Source of the DNA: an uncultured SAR86 cluster bacterium
Lineage (GTDB): Bacteria; Pseudomonadota; Gammaproteobacteria; Magnimaribacterales; D2472
DNA length: 64,000 bases
Direction: 5' to 3'
Assembly: GCA_943788515.1 (NCBI GenBank)
Contig: CALSQM010000003.1
Location: 155,123-219,122 of the forward strand
The notes under the pieces were generated by a model. That model was not told the DNA's origin. It worked only from the letters and a program-made list of their open reading frames with translations, and did not search any database. The position numbers and the translations under genes were made by a program. Below are positions 19,677 through 32,238 of this stretch, piece after piece; the stretch's first letter is position 1; the number at the start of each line of letters is the position of its first letter.

Positions 19677-20428
19677 GTGATAATTTAAAATCTGCAAATT
19701 CAGCCAATACTGGAATAATTTTCAGTGACGCAAGGTTGGATCAAAAATTAACAATCAATGAAGTTTCAGAAAAAACCCTAATAAATACTAAGTTTATAAA
19801 AGCGATAGAGTCCGGCGACTATATCGATTTTCCAAGTGAAGGTTTTGCCAGAGCTTACTTTGTTAAGTATCAAAATTTTTTAAACATACAATGCGAATTC
19901 CCATCTATATATTTTCAAGAAAATAGAAAAGATCAAATCGTCAAAAAATCGGTAGCTGTTTTTAACAGATCTTTCAAAAAATTTACTATTGTATTCGGTT
20001 TAGCAGTTTTAGTTTTAGCAGCCTTTATTTTATTAAATTCTTTTCCGGTAAAAGACAGCACCCAAAAGACAGAGCAGAATATTAAAGAAGAAGAGCTCTA
20101 TGAGTTAACAAAAATTGTTAATACAAATAATACGTTAGAAGATATACAAGCTATTACCGATTTAACTATTGAGCCTGTATTGCCTGCAAACGACCTTCAA
20201 TTATTATTTACAAAAGAATGTTGGGTGGAAATATACTCAAAAGATATTCTGTTAATAAGTCAGCTATTCAATAAAGGTGATGTTTATAACAAAATTATTC
20301 AAAAGCCCTACAAAGTTGTTGTTGGAAACGTCGAGGCAGTAACAGGAACATATAATGGTATTAGGATTGATTTTATTACCAATGCTAATAGACTTAATGT
20401 AAACACTATTATTTTTAATGATGAGTAA
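19673..20428 (+). CDS. rodZ: RodZ cytoskeleton protein
   Basis: N-terminal HTH, single TM helix, C-terminal ECWVEI (DUF4115-like) domain; upstream of ispG. Confidence 0.85.
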   Translation: MSDNLKSANSANTGIIFSDARLDQKLTINEVSEKTLINTKFIKAIESGDYIDFPSEGFARAYFVKYQNFLNIQCEFPSIYFQENRKDQIVKKSVAVFNRSFKKFTIVFGLAVLVLAAFILLNSFPVKDSTQKTEQNIKEEELYELTKIVNTNNTLEDIQAITDLTIEPVLPANDLQLLFTKECWVEIYSKDILLISQLFNKGDVYNKIIQKPYKVVVGNVEAVTGTYNGIRIDFITNANRLNVNTIIFNDE

Positions 20429-21518
20429 TTGGATAACCAGAAAAAACACTAAGGCTGTTGATGTTGGCGGAGTACTTATTGGAAATAATAACCCAATTAG
20501 TGTCCAGTCAATGACTAATACAAATACATGCGATGTTCTCTCTACAATTAATCAAATTAATGACTTACAAGCTGCTGGAGCAGACATTGTAAGAGTATCT
20601 GTACCGGGTTTCGATGAAGCGGCTGCATTTAAGGAAATTAGAAAATCTGTTGATATTCCTTTGGTTGCAGACATTCACTTTGACTATAAAATTGCTCTTG
20701 AGGTAGCAGACACTGCAGACTGCCTGAGAATCAACCCTGGAAATATCGGGAAAGAAGATAGAATTGCTGAAGTAATTAATGCTGCTAAATATAATAATGT
20801 GCCAATTAGAGTGGGTGTCAATGCGGGCTCTCTTGAGAAAGATCTGCAAAAAAAATATGGAGAACCAAATGCAGATGCATTAGTTGAGTCAGCTCTAAGG
20901 CATGTAGATATCTTGGACAAGTTTAATTTCGATAACTATAAAATGAGTCTTAAAGCATCTAATATTGAAATGACCGTAGAGGCTTATAGAAAAATATCTA
21001 AGTTAATCGATCAACCCCTTCATCTAGGTATTACTGAAGCTGGAAGCTATAGAGCAGGAACTGTTAAGTCGTCAATTGGTATTGGAATGCTTCTTTCTGA
21101 AGGTATTGGAGACACTATAAGAATATCACTCGCATCTGATCCGGTAGATGAAATAAAAATAGGTTGGGATATTTTAAGAAGTTTAAATATTCGAAGTAGG
21201 GGTGTAAAGATAATTGCATGCCCAAGCTGCTCACGTCAAAATTTTAATGTAATCGAAGTAGTTAACCAGTTAGAAGAGCGCCTTGAAGATATTACTGAAG
21301 ATATCGAGGTCGCTGTGATAGGTTGTTATGTTAATGGTCCTGGAGAAAGTAAAGCAGCAGAGATTGGACTAACAGGAGCAAGCCCTCAAAACTTATTATA
21401 TGTTGATGGAGCACCTGACAAAAAAATTAATAGTGCAGACATTGTTAAAGAAATCGAGGATAAAGTAAGAACAAAAATTTCTTTAAGAGACTCTGTCGAG
21501 ATAATTGCAAGGAGCTGA
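20418..21518 (+). CDS. ispG: HMBPP synthase
   Basis: [40 protein letters not shown]. Confidence 0.97.
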   Translation: MMSNWITRKNTKAVDVGGVLIGNNNPISVQSMTNTNTCDVLSTINQINDLQAAGADIVRVSVPGFDEAAAFKEIRKSVDIPLVADIHFDYKIALEVADTADCLRINPGNIGKEDRIAEVINAAKYNNVPIRVGVNAGSLEKDLQKKYGEPNADALVESALRHVDILDKFNFDNYKMSLKASNIEMTVEAYRKISKLIDQPLHLGITEAGSYRAGTVKSSIGIGMLLSEGIGDTIRISLASDPVDEIKIGWDILRSLNIRSRGVKIIACPSCSRQNFNVIEVVNQLEERLEDITEDIEVAVIGCYVNGPGESKAAEIGLTGASPQNLLYVDGAPDKKINSADIVKEIEDKVRTKISLRDSVEIIARS

Positions 21519-21519
21519 A

Positions 21520-22782
21520 ATGGATAAAATTCACTCATTAACTGGTATGTTAGATCATTACGATGATGGCAATATAGAAAATATTTCTGTAAAAATATTC
21601 GAGACAGAAAAAAGAATAAAAAAAGTTTTTACTAACTATAAATACAGTGAAATAAGAACACCAGCCTTAGAAGACACCAATCTATTTGTTCGTTCTGCTG
21701 GCGATGCTTCCGACATAGTTAACAAAGAAATTTATTCTTTTAATGATAGAAATGAAAAGAATATTGCTTTGAGACCAGAAGGTACTGCAAGTGTTATAAG
21801 AGCAATAATAGAAAAAAAACTTGATCAAACTAATCATAAGTTATGGTATCTCGGTCCAATGTGGAGATATGAAAGACCGCAAAAAGGAAGATATAGACAG
21901 TTTTATCAAGCAGGAGTTGAAATACTTGGTTATGAAGAGGGCGCACCAGAGTATGAAATAATATCAATGGTTTGCTCCATTATTGAAGAATTTAAACTTA
22001 AAAATTGCTCAATTAAAATTAATCATTTGGGTGATAATGAAAGTAAAAAATTATTTTGTGATGCATTAATAGAATATCTCGAGCCATTTAAAGATAGCCT
22101 TGATGAAAAAGACTTAACAAGACTTACTAAAAATCCTTTAAGAGTACTTGATTCAAAAAATAAAGAAACACAATCAATTCTTAAAAATTCTCCATCTATA
22201 AGAGAGTTTATTAAACCTTCAGCATTATCTCTTTTAGAAAATATTCAAAATGAATATAAAGATATTTGCAATATAGAGATTGATTATACTCTTGTAAGAG
22301 GCCTAGATTATTATTCTGGATTTGTGTTTGAAGCAATTTCATCAGAGCTTGGCGCTCAAGATTCTTTTCTTGGGGGAGGCAGATATGACCATCTATCATT
22401 AAAGCTGGGTGGTAAAAATCTTCCATCAATTGGAATGGCAATTGGGGTAGAAAGGTTTGCAAACTTGATAAAGGACATTACAACCTCAAATAAAGTTATT
22501 TCATTTCTAACCCTAACTAGCAATTTAGAGTCAAAACCATATAAAATAGCCCACCAACTTAGGTCTCTGAATAGTAATGTTATTTTAGATTTACAGCTAT
22601 CTGACGGAAGTCTTAAATCCAAACTCAGAAAAGCAAATAAAAATAATTCTGAATATGCAATTATTATCGGAGAAGAAGAGTTGAGAGATGGAACTGCTGT
22701 TATTAAGTTTTTAAATGATGAGCTTAAAGATCAGGAAATTGTCTCAATTGAAGAATTATTTAGTTTTTATACATCATTATAA
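21520..22782 (+). CDS. hisS: Histidine--tRNA ligase; ATG 21520 preferred
   Basis: LRPEGTA, RYERPQKGRYRQFYQ, LVRGLDYY, GGGRYD. Confidence 0.96.
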   Translation: MDKIHSLTGMLDHYDDGNIENISVKIFETEKRIKKVFTNYKYSEIRTPALEDTNLFVRSAGDASDIVNKEIYSFNDRNEKNIALRPEGTASVIRAIIEKKLDQTNHKLWYLGPMWRYERPQKGRYRQFYQAGVEILGYEEGAPEYEIISMVCSIIEEFKLKNCSIKINHLGDNESKKLFCDALIEYLEPFKDSLDEKDLTRLTKNPLRVLDSKNKETQSILKNSPSIREFIKPSALSLLENIQNEYKDICNIEIDYTLVRGLDYYSGFVFEAISSELGAQDSFLGGGRYDHLSLKLGGKNLPSIGMAIGVERFANLIKDITTSNKVISFLTLTSNLESKPYKIAHQLRSLNSNVILDLQLSDGSLKSKLRKANKNNSEYAIIIGEEELRDGTAVIKFLNDELKDQEIVSIEELFSFYTSL

Positions 22783-22796
22783 TTTCAGGAAGAATT

Positions 22797-23432
22797 ATGA
22801 ACGAAATATACGATAACGATAATAGGTTTTCAGCAATGCAGACCTTTTTTAACAAATATAGAACAATACTAATTGTTAGTGTTATAGCCTTTATTGTTGC
22901 ATTTGGTATAAGTTTTTCACTTAAAACTATTTCAAAAATTAATGATGAAAAAGCTGCAATAGTTTTTAACGAATGGTCAGATTTTTTATCACAGGGCGAT
23001 GTAGCTAACGCAAAAAAGTCTTTTGATAACCTATTGACCAGTTTCAGCAAGACAGGCTATGCAAAAATTGCCTTGCTTGATACAGCTAATCAAGAAGCCT
23101 CAGAAGGAAAAACAATAGAAGCTTTAGATAAATTTACTTTACTTGTTGAACTTACTGATGGTTACGGAGGAAATGAAATTTATAACAAGCTTGCTAGAGT
23201 AAATTCTGCAAGATTATTAGCTTCTGAGAATGAGCTTGATAAAGCACTTTCGTTATTGGAGAAATACTCTTCATCTTCATCTAATGCATTCATTCATGAG
23301 CTCACTGGGGACATACTTGCAAAAAAAGACCAAAGTTTACTTGCCAAAGATCAATACGTAAAAGCTGAAGAGTTGTATAGTGACGAAACATCAAAATCTA
23401 TTATTGCAATCAAAATAGCAAATCTAAAATGA
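22797..23432 (+). CDS. yfgM: YfgM ancillary SecYEG subunit (TPR)
   Basis: Single TM helix plus TPR helices (ELTGDIL); hisS-yfgM-bamB-der synteny. Confidence 0.85.
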   Translation: MNEIYDNDNRFSAMQTFFNKYRTILIVSVIAFIVAFGISFSLKTISKINDEKAAIVFNEWSDFLSQGDVANAKKSFDNLLTSFSKTGYAKIALLDTANQEASEGKTIEALDKFTLLVELTDGYGGNEIYNKLARVNSARLLASENELDKALSLLEKYSSSSSNAFIHELTGDILAKKDQSLLAKDQYVKAEELYSDETSKSIIAIKIANLK

Positions 23433-24607
23433 ACTACTTAAAAAAATACTTTTTTAAAAAACAAAAACAGTATATTTCAATATTGTCTGTAATTCTTCTT
23501 TCATCATGCTCTTCCATGGAGTCTTTAAAGTTTTGGGGAAATGGCGATATAGATTTGGATGAGCCAAGACCACTAGTTTCATTTACTAACAAGCTAAATA
23601 CTTCAGTTGACTGGAGTATGAAGTTTAATGGCGAAAATACTCTTGGAAACTTTATACCAGCATTTAGTGGAGATAGTATATTTGCATCAGACAATACTGG
23701 AAGCATTAAATCTATAGATATAAAATCTGGAAATATAAACTGGGAAATTGAAACTAATTTCCTTTCATCTGGAACTGCTGCTGGTTTTGGTGTCTTAGTT
23801 GCTTCGGATGTTGATGGTAATGTAATCGCCTTTGATCAAAAAGATGGATCGAAAATATGGATGACTAATGTAAAGGGAGAGGTTTTAGCCCCTGCAGCAA
23901 TCGATGCAAAATTTATTATAGTCAAAACTGGATCGGGTGATTTAATGGCGCTTGATAAAAATGACGGTGAAATTAAATGGTCATATAGATCTAAACTTCC
24001 AACATTAACAATAAGAGGAAGTAGTAGTCCTGTTATTTTTGAAAATCAAATCTATGCAACTTTTGATAATGGTAGGCTGGGTGTCTTTCAAATTGACTCA
24101 GGTTTTCCTGTCTGGGATGGAGCAATCTCCTATGTTAGCGGGGCCTCTGAGCTTGAAAATATAATCGATGCTGACTCAAGCCCTGTAATTGACTCAGGTC
24201 TTGTTTTTGCTACTAATTACCAAGGTAATCTTAATATTTTTGATATTGCTCAAAAAAGATCTGTATGGACATCAGAAGTATCATCCTTTTATTCACCCGT
24301 TGTATTGAGAGGGATAATGGGTGTTGTTGAGTCTGATTCTCTAATAAAGTCATTTTCAATGAAAAGCTTTGAGGAATCATGGAGCACAGATGAGTACTCC
24401 AATAGGCTACTCTCTAATCCTGTTAGCTTTAATGGATATTTGATAGTTGGAGATCTTGAAGGATACCTTCACATAATCGATCCTTTGAGTGGCAAGACGA
24501 TAAGTAGAAAGAAAATCTCTAAAAAACCCATAATGAGCTTAATAAGCAGAAGTAATAATTTTTATGCAATAGACCAAGGATTCAGTTTATATTCGATAAG
24601 TATATAA
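23429..24607 (+). CDS. bamB: Outer-membrane assembly lipoprotein BamB
   Basis: Lipobox LSSC, PQQ-like propeller repeats, LTIRGSSSP, VGDLEGYLH. Confidence 0.9.
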   Translation: MNYLKKYFFKKQKQYISILSVILLSSCSSMESLKFWGNGDIDLDEPRPLVSFTNKLNTSVDWSMKFNGENTLGNFIPAFSGDSIFASDNTGSIKSIDIKSGNINWEIETNFLSSGTAAGFGVLVASDVDGNVIAFDQKDGSKIWMTNVKGEVLAPAAIDAKFIIVKTGSGDLMALDKNDGEIKWSYRSKLPTLTIRGSSSPVIFENQIYATFDNGRLGVFQIDSGFPVWDGAISYVSGASELENIIDADSSPVIDSGLVFATNYQGNLNIFDIAQKRSVWTSEVSSFYSPVVLRGIMGVVESDSLIKSFSMKSFEESWSTDEYSNRLLSNPVSFNGYLIVGDLEGYLHIIDPLSGKTISRKKISKKPIMSLISRSNNFYAIDQGFSLYSISI

Positions 24608-24622
24608 ATATGAAATTTATAC

Positions 24623-26008
24623 ATGTTTACTTCAATTGCAATTATAGGTCGACCAAATGTTGGCAAATCAACCTTATTTAATAAATTAACTAAGTCACGC
24701 AAAGCTATAGTTTCAAATTACTCTGGGTTAACCAAAGATAGGAACTATGGCTATATAACATTTGGTGATCAAAAAACATTAATTATTGATACTGGAGGAA
24801 TAGCTCAGGATGAATCTATTCTTAAAGAAGATATAGCTGAGCAAGCTTGGATTGCTGCAGAGGAATCAAGCCTTATTATCTTTCTTCTCGATGGTTCTGA
24901 AAACTTAAACAAAGAAGACCTAGACATTCTTACAAGATTAAGAAAGCTTAATAAAAATTTTATTACCGTTCTTAATAAAATCGATAAAAATTCAGATTCT
25001 CTTCTTAAAGTTGATTTAAATAAGAAGGGAATTAATGAGTTTTTTGAGATTAGTGCAGAGCACTCAAGAAATATAACTGAACTTCGTACATTTATAAAAG
25101 ACTCACTGCCAAAAGAAAAATATGAATCACCAGAAGGAAAAAAAATAGCTGTTCTGGGTAGGCCTAATGCAGGAAAATCTACATTTATAAATAAGTTTAT
25201 AAAAGAAGATAGGTTAATAGTTTCTGAGATAGCTGGAACAACAATAGATGCTATAAGCATTCCTTTCACAGTCGATGATCAAGATTTTATTTTTATTGAT
25301 ACAGCAGGTATCAGAAAAGGCTATAGAAACAGTCATAAAATTGAATATTTTTCATATGTTAGAGCAATGCACTCAGTAGAGGAGTGCGATGTTGTTATTT
25401 TCATATGTGATGCGCAAGAGGGTATTGTTGATCAAGACCTCAAAATTATTAATATGATATGTGAGATGGGTAAGCCAGTCCTGATAGCTTTTAATAAAAT
25501 TGATTTACTTACAAAAAAACAAAAGGAAGAGATTTATGAGACTAAAAGAGCTCAATCAAATTTTGTTAATGACTTTATAAAATTAGAAATATCAGGCATC
25601 AAAGGCCTTGGCTTCAAGAAACTATTTAGGGTGGCTAATGGCCTTATAGATAAGGCACAGCAAAAACATACAACCTCATCATTAAATCAAATGATGAATA
25701 AATTTATTGAGCAAAGTGCACCTCCATCTGTAAATGGAAGACTTTTAAAACTTAAGCATGTTCATTTTGCAGGCATAAACCCAACAACTCTTGTTATTCA
25801 TTCAAATCAAGACAAAAAAATTCCATCAAACTATAAAAAATATCTTGAAAATTCTTTTAGATCCGCTCTTGAGCTTAAGAGCATTCAATTAAGATTGATT
25901 TTTAGAAAATCAGAAAATCCATACGAATCAAAAGTAAATAAACTAACTGAAAGACAAGTAAAAAAGAGACAGAGATTAATTAAGCATATTAAAAAAAATA
26001 AAAAGTAA
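24623..26008 (+). CDS. der: Ribosome biogenesis GTPase Der (EngA)
   Basis: Two G-domains (GRPNVGKS and GRPNAGKS) plus a KH-like C-terminus. Confidence 0.96.
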   Translation: MFTSIAIIGRPNVGKSTLFNKLTKSRKAIVSNYSGLTKDRNYGYITFGDQKTLIIDTGGIAQDESILKEDIAEQAWIAAEESSLIIFLLDGSENLNKEDLDILTRLRKLNKNFITVLNKIDKNSDSLLKVDLNKKGINEFFEISAEHSRNITELRTFIKDSLPKEKYESPEGKKIAVLGRPNAGKSTFINKFIKEDRLIVSEIAGTTIDAISIPFTVDDQDFIFIDTAGIRKGYRNSHKIEYFSYVRAMHSVEECDVVIFICDAQEGIVDQDLKIINMICEMGKPVLIAFNKIDLLTKKQKEEIYETKRAQSNFVNDFIKLEISGIKGLGFKKLFRVANGLIDKAQQKHTTSSLNQMMNKFIEQSAPPSVNGRLLKLKHVHFAGINPTTLVIHSNQDKKIPSNYKKYLENSFRSALELKSIQLRLIFRKSENPYESKVNKLTERQVKKRQRLIKHIKKNKK

Positions 26009-26093
26009 TATAATTTTTTTGATAATCTGTAAAAGAATTCTCCTGTATAATCTTAATTACACTTTAAAAATTAAATCACTATAGCTTTTCATT

Positions 26094-26477
26094 ATGAATC
26101 AAAGACCTGTATACATTGACCTAAGAAAAATAAAGCTACCAATGTCAGCCTTCTCTTCTATTGCCCATAGACTTTCTGGTATGTATATTTTTTTTATCTC
26201 CTTACCTCTTTTCGTATACCTTTTATTTATATCAACATTAAATAAAGGATCCTATGAATTAATGTATGAATCATTGCAGTCTTTAACTTTCTTTACAGTT
26301 TTTGTTTTCTTTAGTTTTTCTGTTTTCTGGTTTCACATTCTTACAGGGGTTAGGCATCTTTTTATGGATTTCTTCCATTTAGGCGAATCACTTAAAGGCT
26401 CCTATTACTCATCAATTTTTGTTCTTTGCCTATGGCTTGTATCGACTATTGGATTCTTTGGACATTTTTATTTATGA
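26094..26477 (+). CDS. sdhC: Succinate dehydrogenase cytochrome b556 subunit
   Basis: RPV..., SIAHRLSG, FHILTGVRHLFMD. Confidence 0.93.
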   Translation: MNQRPVYIDLRKIKLPMSAFSSIAHRLSGMYIFFISLPLFVYLLFISTLNKGSYELMYESLQSLTFFTVFVFFSFSVFWFHILTGVRHLFMDFFHLGESLKGSYYSSIFVLCLWLVSTIGFFGHFYL

Positions 26478-26833
26478 AAGGCTCAATTATTTGGTTTGTT
26501 CAAAGATATAGCTCTTTAGCCATACTTGCATATTTTTTATATATTGTTTTTTATTTAGTTGGAGCTTCAGGTTCATATTATGACTGGGTTTCTTTTATTG
26601 CATCAATTGAAATGAAAGCAATTACTTCATTAATTTCAATTCTTATAATATCTCATGCTTTTATTGGGCTATGGACAGTTGGAACAGATTACCTTACAAA
26701 AAGAACACTTGGTTTTCTAAATCCCGCTCTTTCTAAAAAAGCAGAATCAATTCAATTTCTCTATCAACTTGTATTTATCTTATGTGGATTGCTTTATTTG
26801 GGATCAATCTTATATATAATATGGAAGATATAA
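26474..26833 (+). CDS. sdhD: Succinate dehydrogenase membrane anchor; ATG 26474 overlaps the sdhC stop
   Basis: WFVQRYSS, HAFIGLWTVGTDY. Confidence 0.92.
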   Translation: MKGSIIWFVQRYSSLAILAYFLYIVFYLVGASGSYYDWVSFIASIEMKAITSLISILIISHAFIGLWTVGTDYLTKRTLGFLNPALSKKAESIQFLYQLVFILCGLLYLGSILYIIWKI

Positions 26834-26878
26834 ATGATTCATATAACTAATTATAAAATTTAATAATAAAGGTCTTAA

Positions 26879-28666
26879 ATGAGTAACAGTATTTTAACTG
26901 ACAATATAAAAACAATAGAATTTGATGCTCTTATTGTTGGTGGAGGAGGCTCTGGGATGAGAGCGTCACTAGAATTAGCTAAATCTGGACTTAAAACTGC
27001 TGTCGTTTCAAAGGTTTTCCCAACAAGATCTCATACTGTTTCTGCACAAGGTGGAATTACATGCGCTATTGCAAGTGCTGATCCAGACGATGATTGGAGG
27101 TGGCATATGTATGATACCGTTAAGGGTGCTGATTTTATAGGCGATCAAGATGCAATCGAATATTTATGCTCTGAAGGCCCTAAGGCAGTATTTGAGTTAG
27201 AGCATATGGGACTTCCATTTTCAAGATTTGAAAACGGAAGAATTTATCAAAGACCATTTGGTGGACAATCTAAAGATTTTGGTAAGGGTGGTCAAGCAGC
27301 AAGAACGTGTGCTGCAGCAGATAGAACTGGTCATGCCCTCCTTCATACCCTTTATCAAAATAATGTTAAGGAAGGAACAAACTTCCTAAATGAGTGGTTC
27401 GCTGTGGATATAGTTAAAAACAGTAAGGAAGAGGTAACAGGTGTTATAGCTTTTTCTATTGAATCTGGAGAGGTTGCTTACCTAAAAGCTCAGGCCACTG
27501 TAATGGCCACTGGTGGCGCAGGAAGAATTTATGCTTCTACCACAAATGCATTAATCAACACAGGTGATGGATTGGCAATGGCTCTTAGGGCTGGTTTTCC
27601 CGCACAAGATATGGAAATGTGGCAGTTTCACCCAACAGGAATTTATGGAGCGGGCTCACTAGTAACAGAAGGCTGTAGAGGTGAAGGCGGATATCTTATA
27701 AATAAAGATGGCGAGAGATTTATGGAAAGGTATGCTCCTAATGTTAAGGATCTAGCTGGAAGAGATGTAGTTGCAAGATCTATGGTGCTTGAGATTTTAG
27801 AAGGAAGGGGTTGTGGTGAAAATGCAGATCATATATTTCTTAAATTAGATCACCTAGGCGCAGATGTTCTCAATTCAAAATTACCTGGAATATGTGAGCT
27901 TTCAAGAACCTTTGCCCACGTAGATCCAATATATGAACCAATTCCAGTCGTTCCAACTTGTCATTATATGATGGGTGGAACTCCAACGAATGTTAATGGT
28001 CAAGCTTTTAGAAGAACTAACGGCAATGATTCAATTATTTCTGGCCTGTTTGCTGCTGGTGAGGCGGCCTGTGTTTCTGTTCATGGTGCAAATAGACTTG
28101 GTGGTAACTCTTTGCTTGATTTAGTGGTTTTTGGAAGAGCTACTGGAATGCATATTCAAGAAGAACTGAAATCTGGTGGTGGAGTAGAGTCATCTTCTAA
28201 GGGTGACATAGATGCTTCATTAGAACGCCTAAATAAATTAAATGAGTCCACGAGTGGATATGAGACTGCTTCAGTAAAAAGAGAGTTACAAGAATGCATG
28301 CAGAATTATTTTGGAGTCTTCAGAAGAGGCGACTTTATGGAAAAAGGCTTAAACGAATTAGCAGAAATAAGACATAAGGTTGATAATTTGCATCTTAAAG
28401 ATAAAAGTTCTGCTTTTAATACAAGCAGAGTCGAAGCAATTGAACTACAAAATTTATTTGAAGTTGCTGAGGCTACTGCTATATCAGCTTTTGAAAGAAA
28501 TGAAAGCAGGGGAGCTCATGCTAGAGATGATTTCCCTAACAGAGATGATGAAAATTGGTTATGTCATTCTTTCTATGACCCAATTAACAAAAAAGTTTCA
28601 AAAAGAGAAGTCAACTTTGCGCCAACAAAAGTAGATGCATTTCCACCAATAGTGAGAACTTATTAA
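26879..28666 (+). CDS. sdhA: Succinate dehydrogenase flavoprotein
   Basis: [13 protein letters not shown]-His motif, [19 protein letters not shown]. Confidence 0.98.
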   Translation: MSNSILTDNIKTIEFDALIVGGGGSGMRASLELAKSGLKTAVVSKVFPTRSHTVSAQGGITCAIASADPDDDWRWHMYDTVKGADFIGDQDAIEYLCSEGPKAVFELEHMGLPFSRFENGRIYQRPFGGQSKDFGKGGQAARTCAAADRTGHALLHTLYQNNVKEGTNFLNEWFAVDIVKNSKEEVTGVIAFSIESGEVAYLKAQATVMATGGAGRIYASTTNALINTGDGLAMALRAGFPAQDMEMWQFHPTGIYGAGSLVTEGCRGEGGYLINKDGERFMERYAPNVKDLAGRDVVARSMVLEILEGRGCGENADHIFLKLDHLGADVLNSKLPGICELSRTFAHVDPIYEPIPVVPTCHYMMGGTPTNVNGQAFRRTNGNDSIISGLFAAGEAACVSVHGANRLGGNSLLDLVVFGRATGMHIQEELKSGGGVESSSKGDIDASLERLNKLNESTSGYETASVKRELQECMQNYFGVFRRGDFMEKGLNELAEIRHKVDNLHLKDKSSAFNTSRVEAIELQNLFEVAEATAISAFERNESRGAHARDDFPNRDDENWLCHSFYDPINKKVSKREVNFAPTKVDAFPPIVRTY

Positions 28667-29409
28667 TGTTAACCAATCAACTAGAAGTAAGCATGTACAG
28701 ATACAACCCTGAGCAGGATGAATTTCCGTATATGAAAAAATATAAGATAGAAAAACCTGCAAGAGACATCATGGTTCTCGACCTACTTCATTTATTAAAA
28801 GAAGAAGATGAGTCAATCTCTTATAGAAGATCGTGTAGAGAAGGTGTTTGTGGTTCTGATGGAATGAATATAAATGGTAAGAATGGCTTGGCATGTATAA
28901 CGCCTATTTCATCTGTTATGAAAAAGAATAAAATTGAATTAAGGCCTCTTCCAGGTCTTCCTGTTATTCGAGATCTTGTTGTAGATATGACGGAATTTTA
29001 TGCTCAATATGAAAAGATAAAGCCTTTTTTACAAAATAATACCACAGCTCCTGAACAAGAAAGATTACAGTCTCCTGAGGATAGAGATAAATTAGATGGC
29101 CTATATGAATGCATTCTTTGCGCATGTTGCTCTACAAGTTGCCCATCATTTTGGTGGAACCCTGATAAATTTGTAGGGCCAGCAGCTCTTCTTCAGGCAT
29201 ATAGGTTTATAGCTGATTCAAGAGATCTAGAAACCGTTGAAAGGCTGGATGCATTATCAGATCCATTCAGTGTTTACAGGTGTCACGGAATCATGAATTG
29301 TGTAAGTGTTTGTCCTAAGGGTTTAAACCCAAATAAAGCAATTGGTGAGATAAAATCAATGCTTTTAAAGTCTAAGAAGAATATAATTACATCCGATGGA
29401 ACTAATTAG
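28666..29409 (+). CDS. sdhB: Succinate dehydrogenase Fe-S subunit
   Basis: SCREGVCGSDG, CILCACCSTSCP, CHGIMNCVSVCP. Confidence 0.98.
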   Translation: MLTNQLEVSMYRYNPEQDEFPYMKKYKIEKPARDIMVLDLLHLLKEEDESISYRRSCREGVCGSDGMNINGKNGLACITPISSVMKKNKIELRPLPGLPVIRDLVVDMTEFYAQYEKIKPFLQNNTTAPEQERLQSPEDRDKLDGLYECILCACCSTSCPSFWWNPDKFVGPAALLQAYRFIADSRDLETVERLDALSDPFSVYRCHGIMNCVSVCPKGLNPNKAIGEIKSMLLKSKKNIITSDGTN

Positions 29410-29425
29410 AAAAATTTTTTAGACA

Positions 29426-32230
29426 ATGAACCAATCAATGGAAGAGCTTTGGAAAAGCTCTCACATATCAGCAGGCCATGCTGATTATCTTGAATCTCTT
29501 TATGAGATATATCTAACCGACCCTGAAAACTTATCAAATGAATGGCAAGACTTCTTTAATAGTCTCCCTTCTGATTCAAGTAATTTAAAAGAAGTTTCAC
29601 ATCAAATAATCATCAGTGAATTTCGAAACCTGCCAAGAAACTCATCTTTGCTTAATGAGGAGATTGATGAAAGGCAGGGAAAAGTTATTCGACTAATTCA
29701 AGCATACAGAAATAGAGGACACCAGGAAGCAAAATTAGATCCTTTGGGTATGATGGATAGGAAGTCTATAGAAGATTTAGATATAGAATTCCATGGCTTG
29801 TCTTCAGACGACCTTGATGTTGAGTTTTATACAGATACTTTCATAACTGGATCAAAAAAAGCTAAATTAAGAGATATAGTCTCAAGTTTAAGAAGTATAT
29901 ATTGCGGCACTATTGGTATCGAATATAACTACATTATGGACTCTGATGAAAGAAGATGGTTTCAAAAAAAATTCGAGTCAAAATTAGAGCAGTATTCATT
30001 TACTAAGGAAGAGAAATTACATATTTATGAGAGATTAAATTCTGCAGAAGGTCTTGCAAAATATCTAGCTGCAAAATACCCAGGCATGAAACGTTTTGGC
30101 ATAGATGGGTGTGAATCTTTGGTCCCTTTAATAGATGCTGCAATTCAAAATTGTGGAAAGCTAGGAGCCAATCAGATATGTTTTGGAATGGCTCACAGAG
30201 GAAGGCTAAATCTTTTAGTTAATGTTTTAGGTAAAATCCCTTCAGATTTATTTTCAGCATTTGATGAGGCTGTTGAATTAGAAGGAGCAAATACCGGAGA
30301 CGTTAAATATCATTTAGGTTTTTCATCTAATTTAAATACTCCAGGCGGGGAAGTGCATGTTTCTTTAAATAATAATCCGTCTCATTTAGAAATTGTAGAC
30401 CCTGTTGTGCTTGGCTCAGTAAGAGCTAGGCAGGATAGGCTTGCTGATATCGAAAGAAAGAAGGTAGTCCCTATACTTCTTCATGGAGATGCATCTTTTT
30501 CAGGTCAAGGTGTTGTTATGGAGTCACTACAAATGTCACAAACCAGAGGGTTTTATGTAGGTGGCACAATTCATATTATAGTTAACAATCAAATTGGTTT
30601 CACAACTAGTAATAAAAATGATGCAAGATCAACAGACTATTCTACTGATGTAGCCAAGATGATTCAGGCTCCAGTAATCCATGTTAATGGCGATGATCCT
30701 GAGATGGTGGTAAATGCTGTCAAGATCGCTACCAAATATAGAAATCAATTCAATAAAGACATTGTTATTGATTTATTTTGCTACAGAAGGAGAGGTCATA
30801 ATGAAGCAGATGATCCTTCTGCAACCCAGCCGCTAATGTATAAAACAATAGCTAAACATCCTTCTGTTTTAAATCAATATCAAGATCAGTTAATAGCAGA
30901 ATCACATCTCACTAAACAAGAAGCATCATTAATCAAATCAACATACAGAGACTCACTTGAAGATGGTGAAATTGTTGCAAAAAATCTTTCTTTAAAACCC
31001 AATGACTCACTTTGGTTTGACTGGAATGAGTATTTAGATGTTATATGGTGGCCAAAAGTAGATACATCTTTTGATAAAAACGATTTCAAAAAGCTTGGAT
31101 CTGAAATTTGTGATGTGCCTTCTTCTTTTACAATAGGAAAGCAGGCATCAAAAATATTTGATGACAGAAGAAAAATGAGCGGCGGAGGGTTAGAAATTAA
31201 CTGGGGTTTTGCAGAAACAATGGCATACGCAACACTTTTGTCAGAGAAGTTTCCAATTAGAATAACAGGTCAAGATGTCAGAAGAGGTACTTTTTCTCAC
31301 AGGCATGCATGTGTATTTGATGCAGACAATGGCAATGGGCACATACCCTTATCTACAATTGCTAATACTCATAATACAAGATTTGATATTTATGATTCTC
31401 TTTTATCAGAAGAAGCTGTGCTTGCTTTTGAATATGGCTATTCAGCAACTTGGCCAACAGGGCTAACAATTTGGGAAGCTCAATTTGGTGATTTTGTTAA
31501 TGGTGCTCAGGTTGTCATTGATCAATTTATAGTCTCAGCTCAACATAAGTGGGAAAGGTTGTCAGGATTAGTCATGCTATTACCTCATGGCTACGAAGGC
31601 CAAGGTCCAGAGCATAGCAGTGCTAGAATCGAACGATTTCTTCAGCTATGTGCATCAGAAAATATTCAGGTATGCATCCCAAGCTCCCCATCGCAAATTT
31701 ATCATTTGTTAAGAAGACAGGCTATAAGAAAGATGAGAACACCTCTAATTGTGATTTCACCAAAAAGTTTATTAAGAAATCCAAGCGCTGTTTCTACTAT
31801 CGATGAGTTAACCGATGGGTCATTTAAATGTGTTATCGATGACGATGCAATAAATAAGTCAGCAGTTACCAAGGCAGTTCTTTGTTCAGGAAAAGTTTTT
31901 TATGACCTCAAAGAAAAAAGAGATAACAAAAATAAAGGTAATATTGCCCTAGTTAGGATTGAACAATTGTACCCATTTCCATATGATGATCTTCAAGAAA
32001 TATTATCAAATTATGAAAATCTAAAAGATGTTGTTTGGTGTCAAGAAGAGCCTGCAAATCAAGGTGCATGGTTTAGTCACAGACATAGAATTCAAAGAGT
32101 ACTAGATAGGTTTGATATTAAAAGAGAGATAACTTTAGTCAGCAGGCCTGCAGCAGCAGCACCAGCAGTAGGCATGATGAAGTTACACTTAAAACAGCAG
32201 AGCAATCTCGTTGAAGAGGCATTAAAATAG
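29426..32230 (+). CDS. sucA: 2-oxoglutarate dehydrogenase E1
   Basis: [48 protein letters not shown]. Confidence 0.98.
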   Translation: MNQSMEELWKSSHISAGHADYLESLYEIYLTDPENLSNEWQDFFNSLPSDSSNLKEVSHQIIISEFRNLPRNSSLLNEEIDERQGKVIRLIQAYRNRGHQEAKLDPLGMMDRKSIEDLDIEFHGLSSDDLDVEFYTDTFITGSKKAKLRDIVSSLRSIYCGTIGIEYNYIMDSDERRWFQKKFESKLEQYSFTKEEKLHIYERLNSAEGLAKYLAAKYPGMKRFGIDGCESLVPLIDAAIQNCGKLGANQICFGMAHRGRLNLLVNVLGKIPSDLFSAFDEAVELEGANTGDVKYHLGFSSNLNTPGGEVHVSLNNNPSHLEIVDPVVLGSVRARQDRLADIERKKVVPILLHGDASFSGQGVVMESLQMSQTRGFYVGGTIHIIVNNQIGFTTSNKNDARSTDYSTDVAKMIQAPVIHVNGDDPEMVVNAVKIATKYRNQFNKDIVIDLFCYRRRGHNEADDPSATQPLMYKTIAKHPSVLNQYQDQLIAESHLTKQEASLIKSTYRDSLEDGEIVAKNLSLKPNDSLWFDWNEYLDVIWWPKVDTSFDKNDFKKLGSEICDVPSSFTIGKQASKIFDDRRKMSGGGLEINWGFAETMAYATLLSEKFPIRITGQDVRRGTFSHRHACVFDADNGNGHIPLSTIANTHNTRFDIYDSLLSEEAVLAFEYGYSATWPTGLTIWEAQFGDFVNGAQVVIDQFIVSAQHKWERLSGLVMLLPHGYEGQGPEHSSARIERFLQLCASENIQVCIPSSPSQIYHLLRRQAIRKMRTPLIVISPKSLLRNPSAVSTIDELTDGSFKCVIDDDAINKSAVTKAVLCSGKVFYDLKEKRDNKNKGNIALVRIEQLYPFPYDDLQEILSNYENLKDVVWCQEEPANQGAWFSHRHRIQRVLDRFDIKREITLVSRPAAAAPAVGMMKLHLKQQSNLVEEALK

Positions 32231-32238
32231 GTAAAATT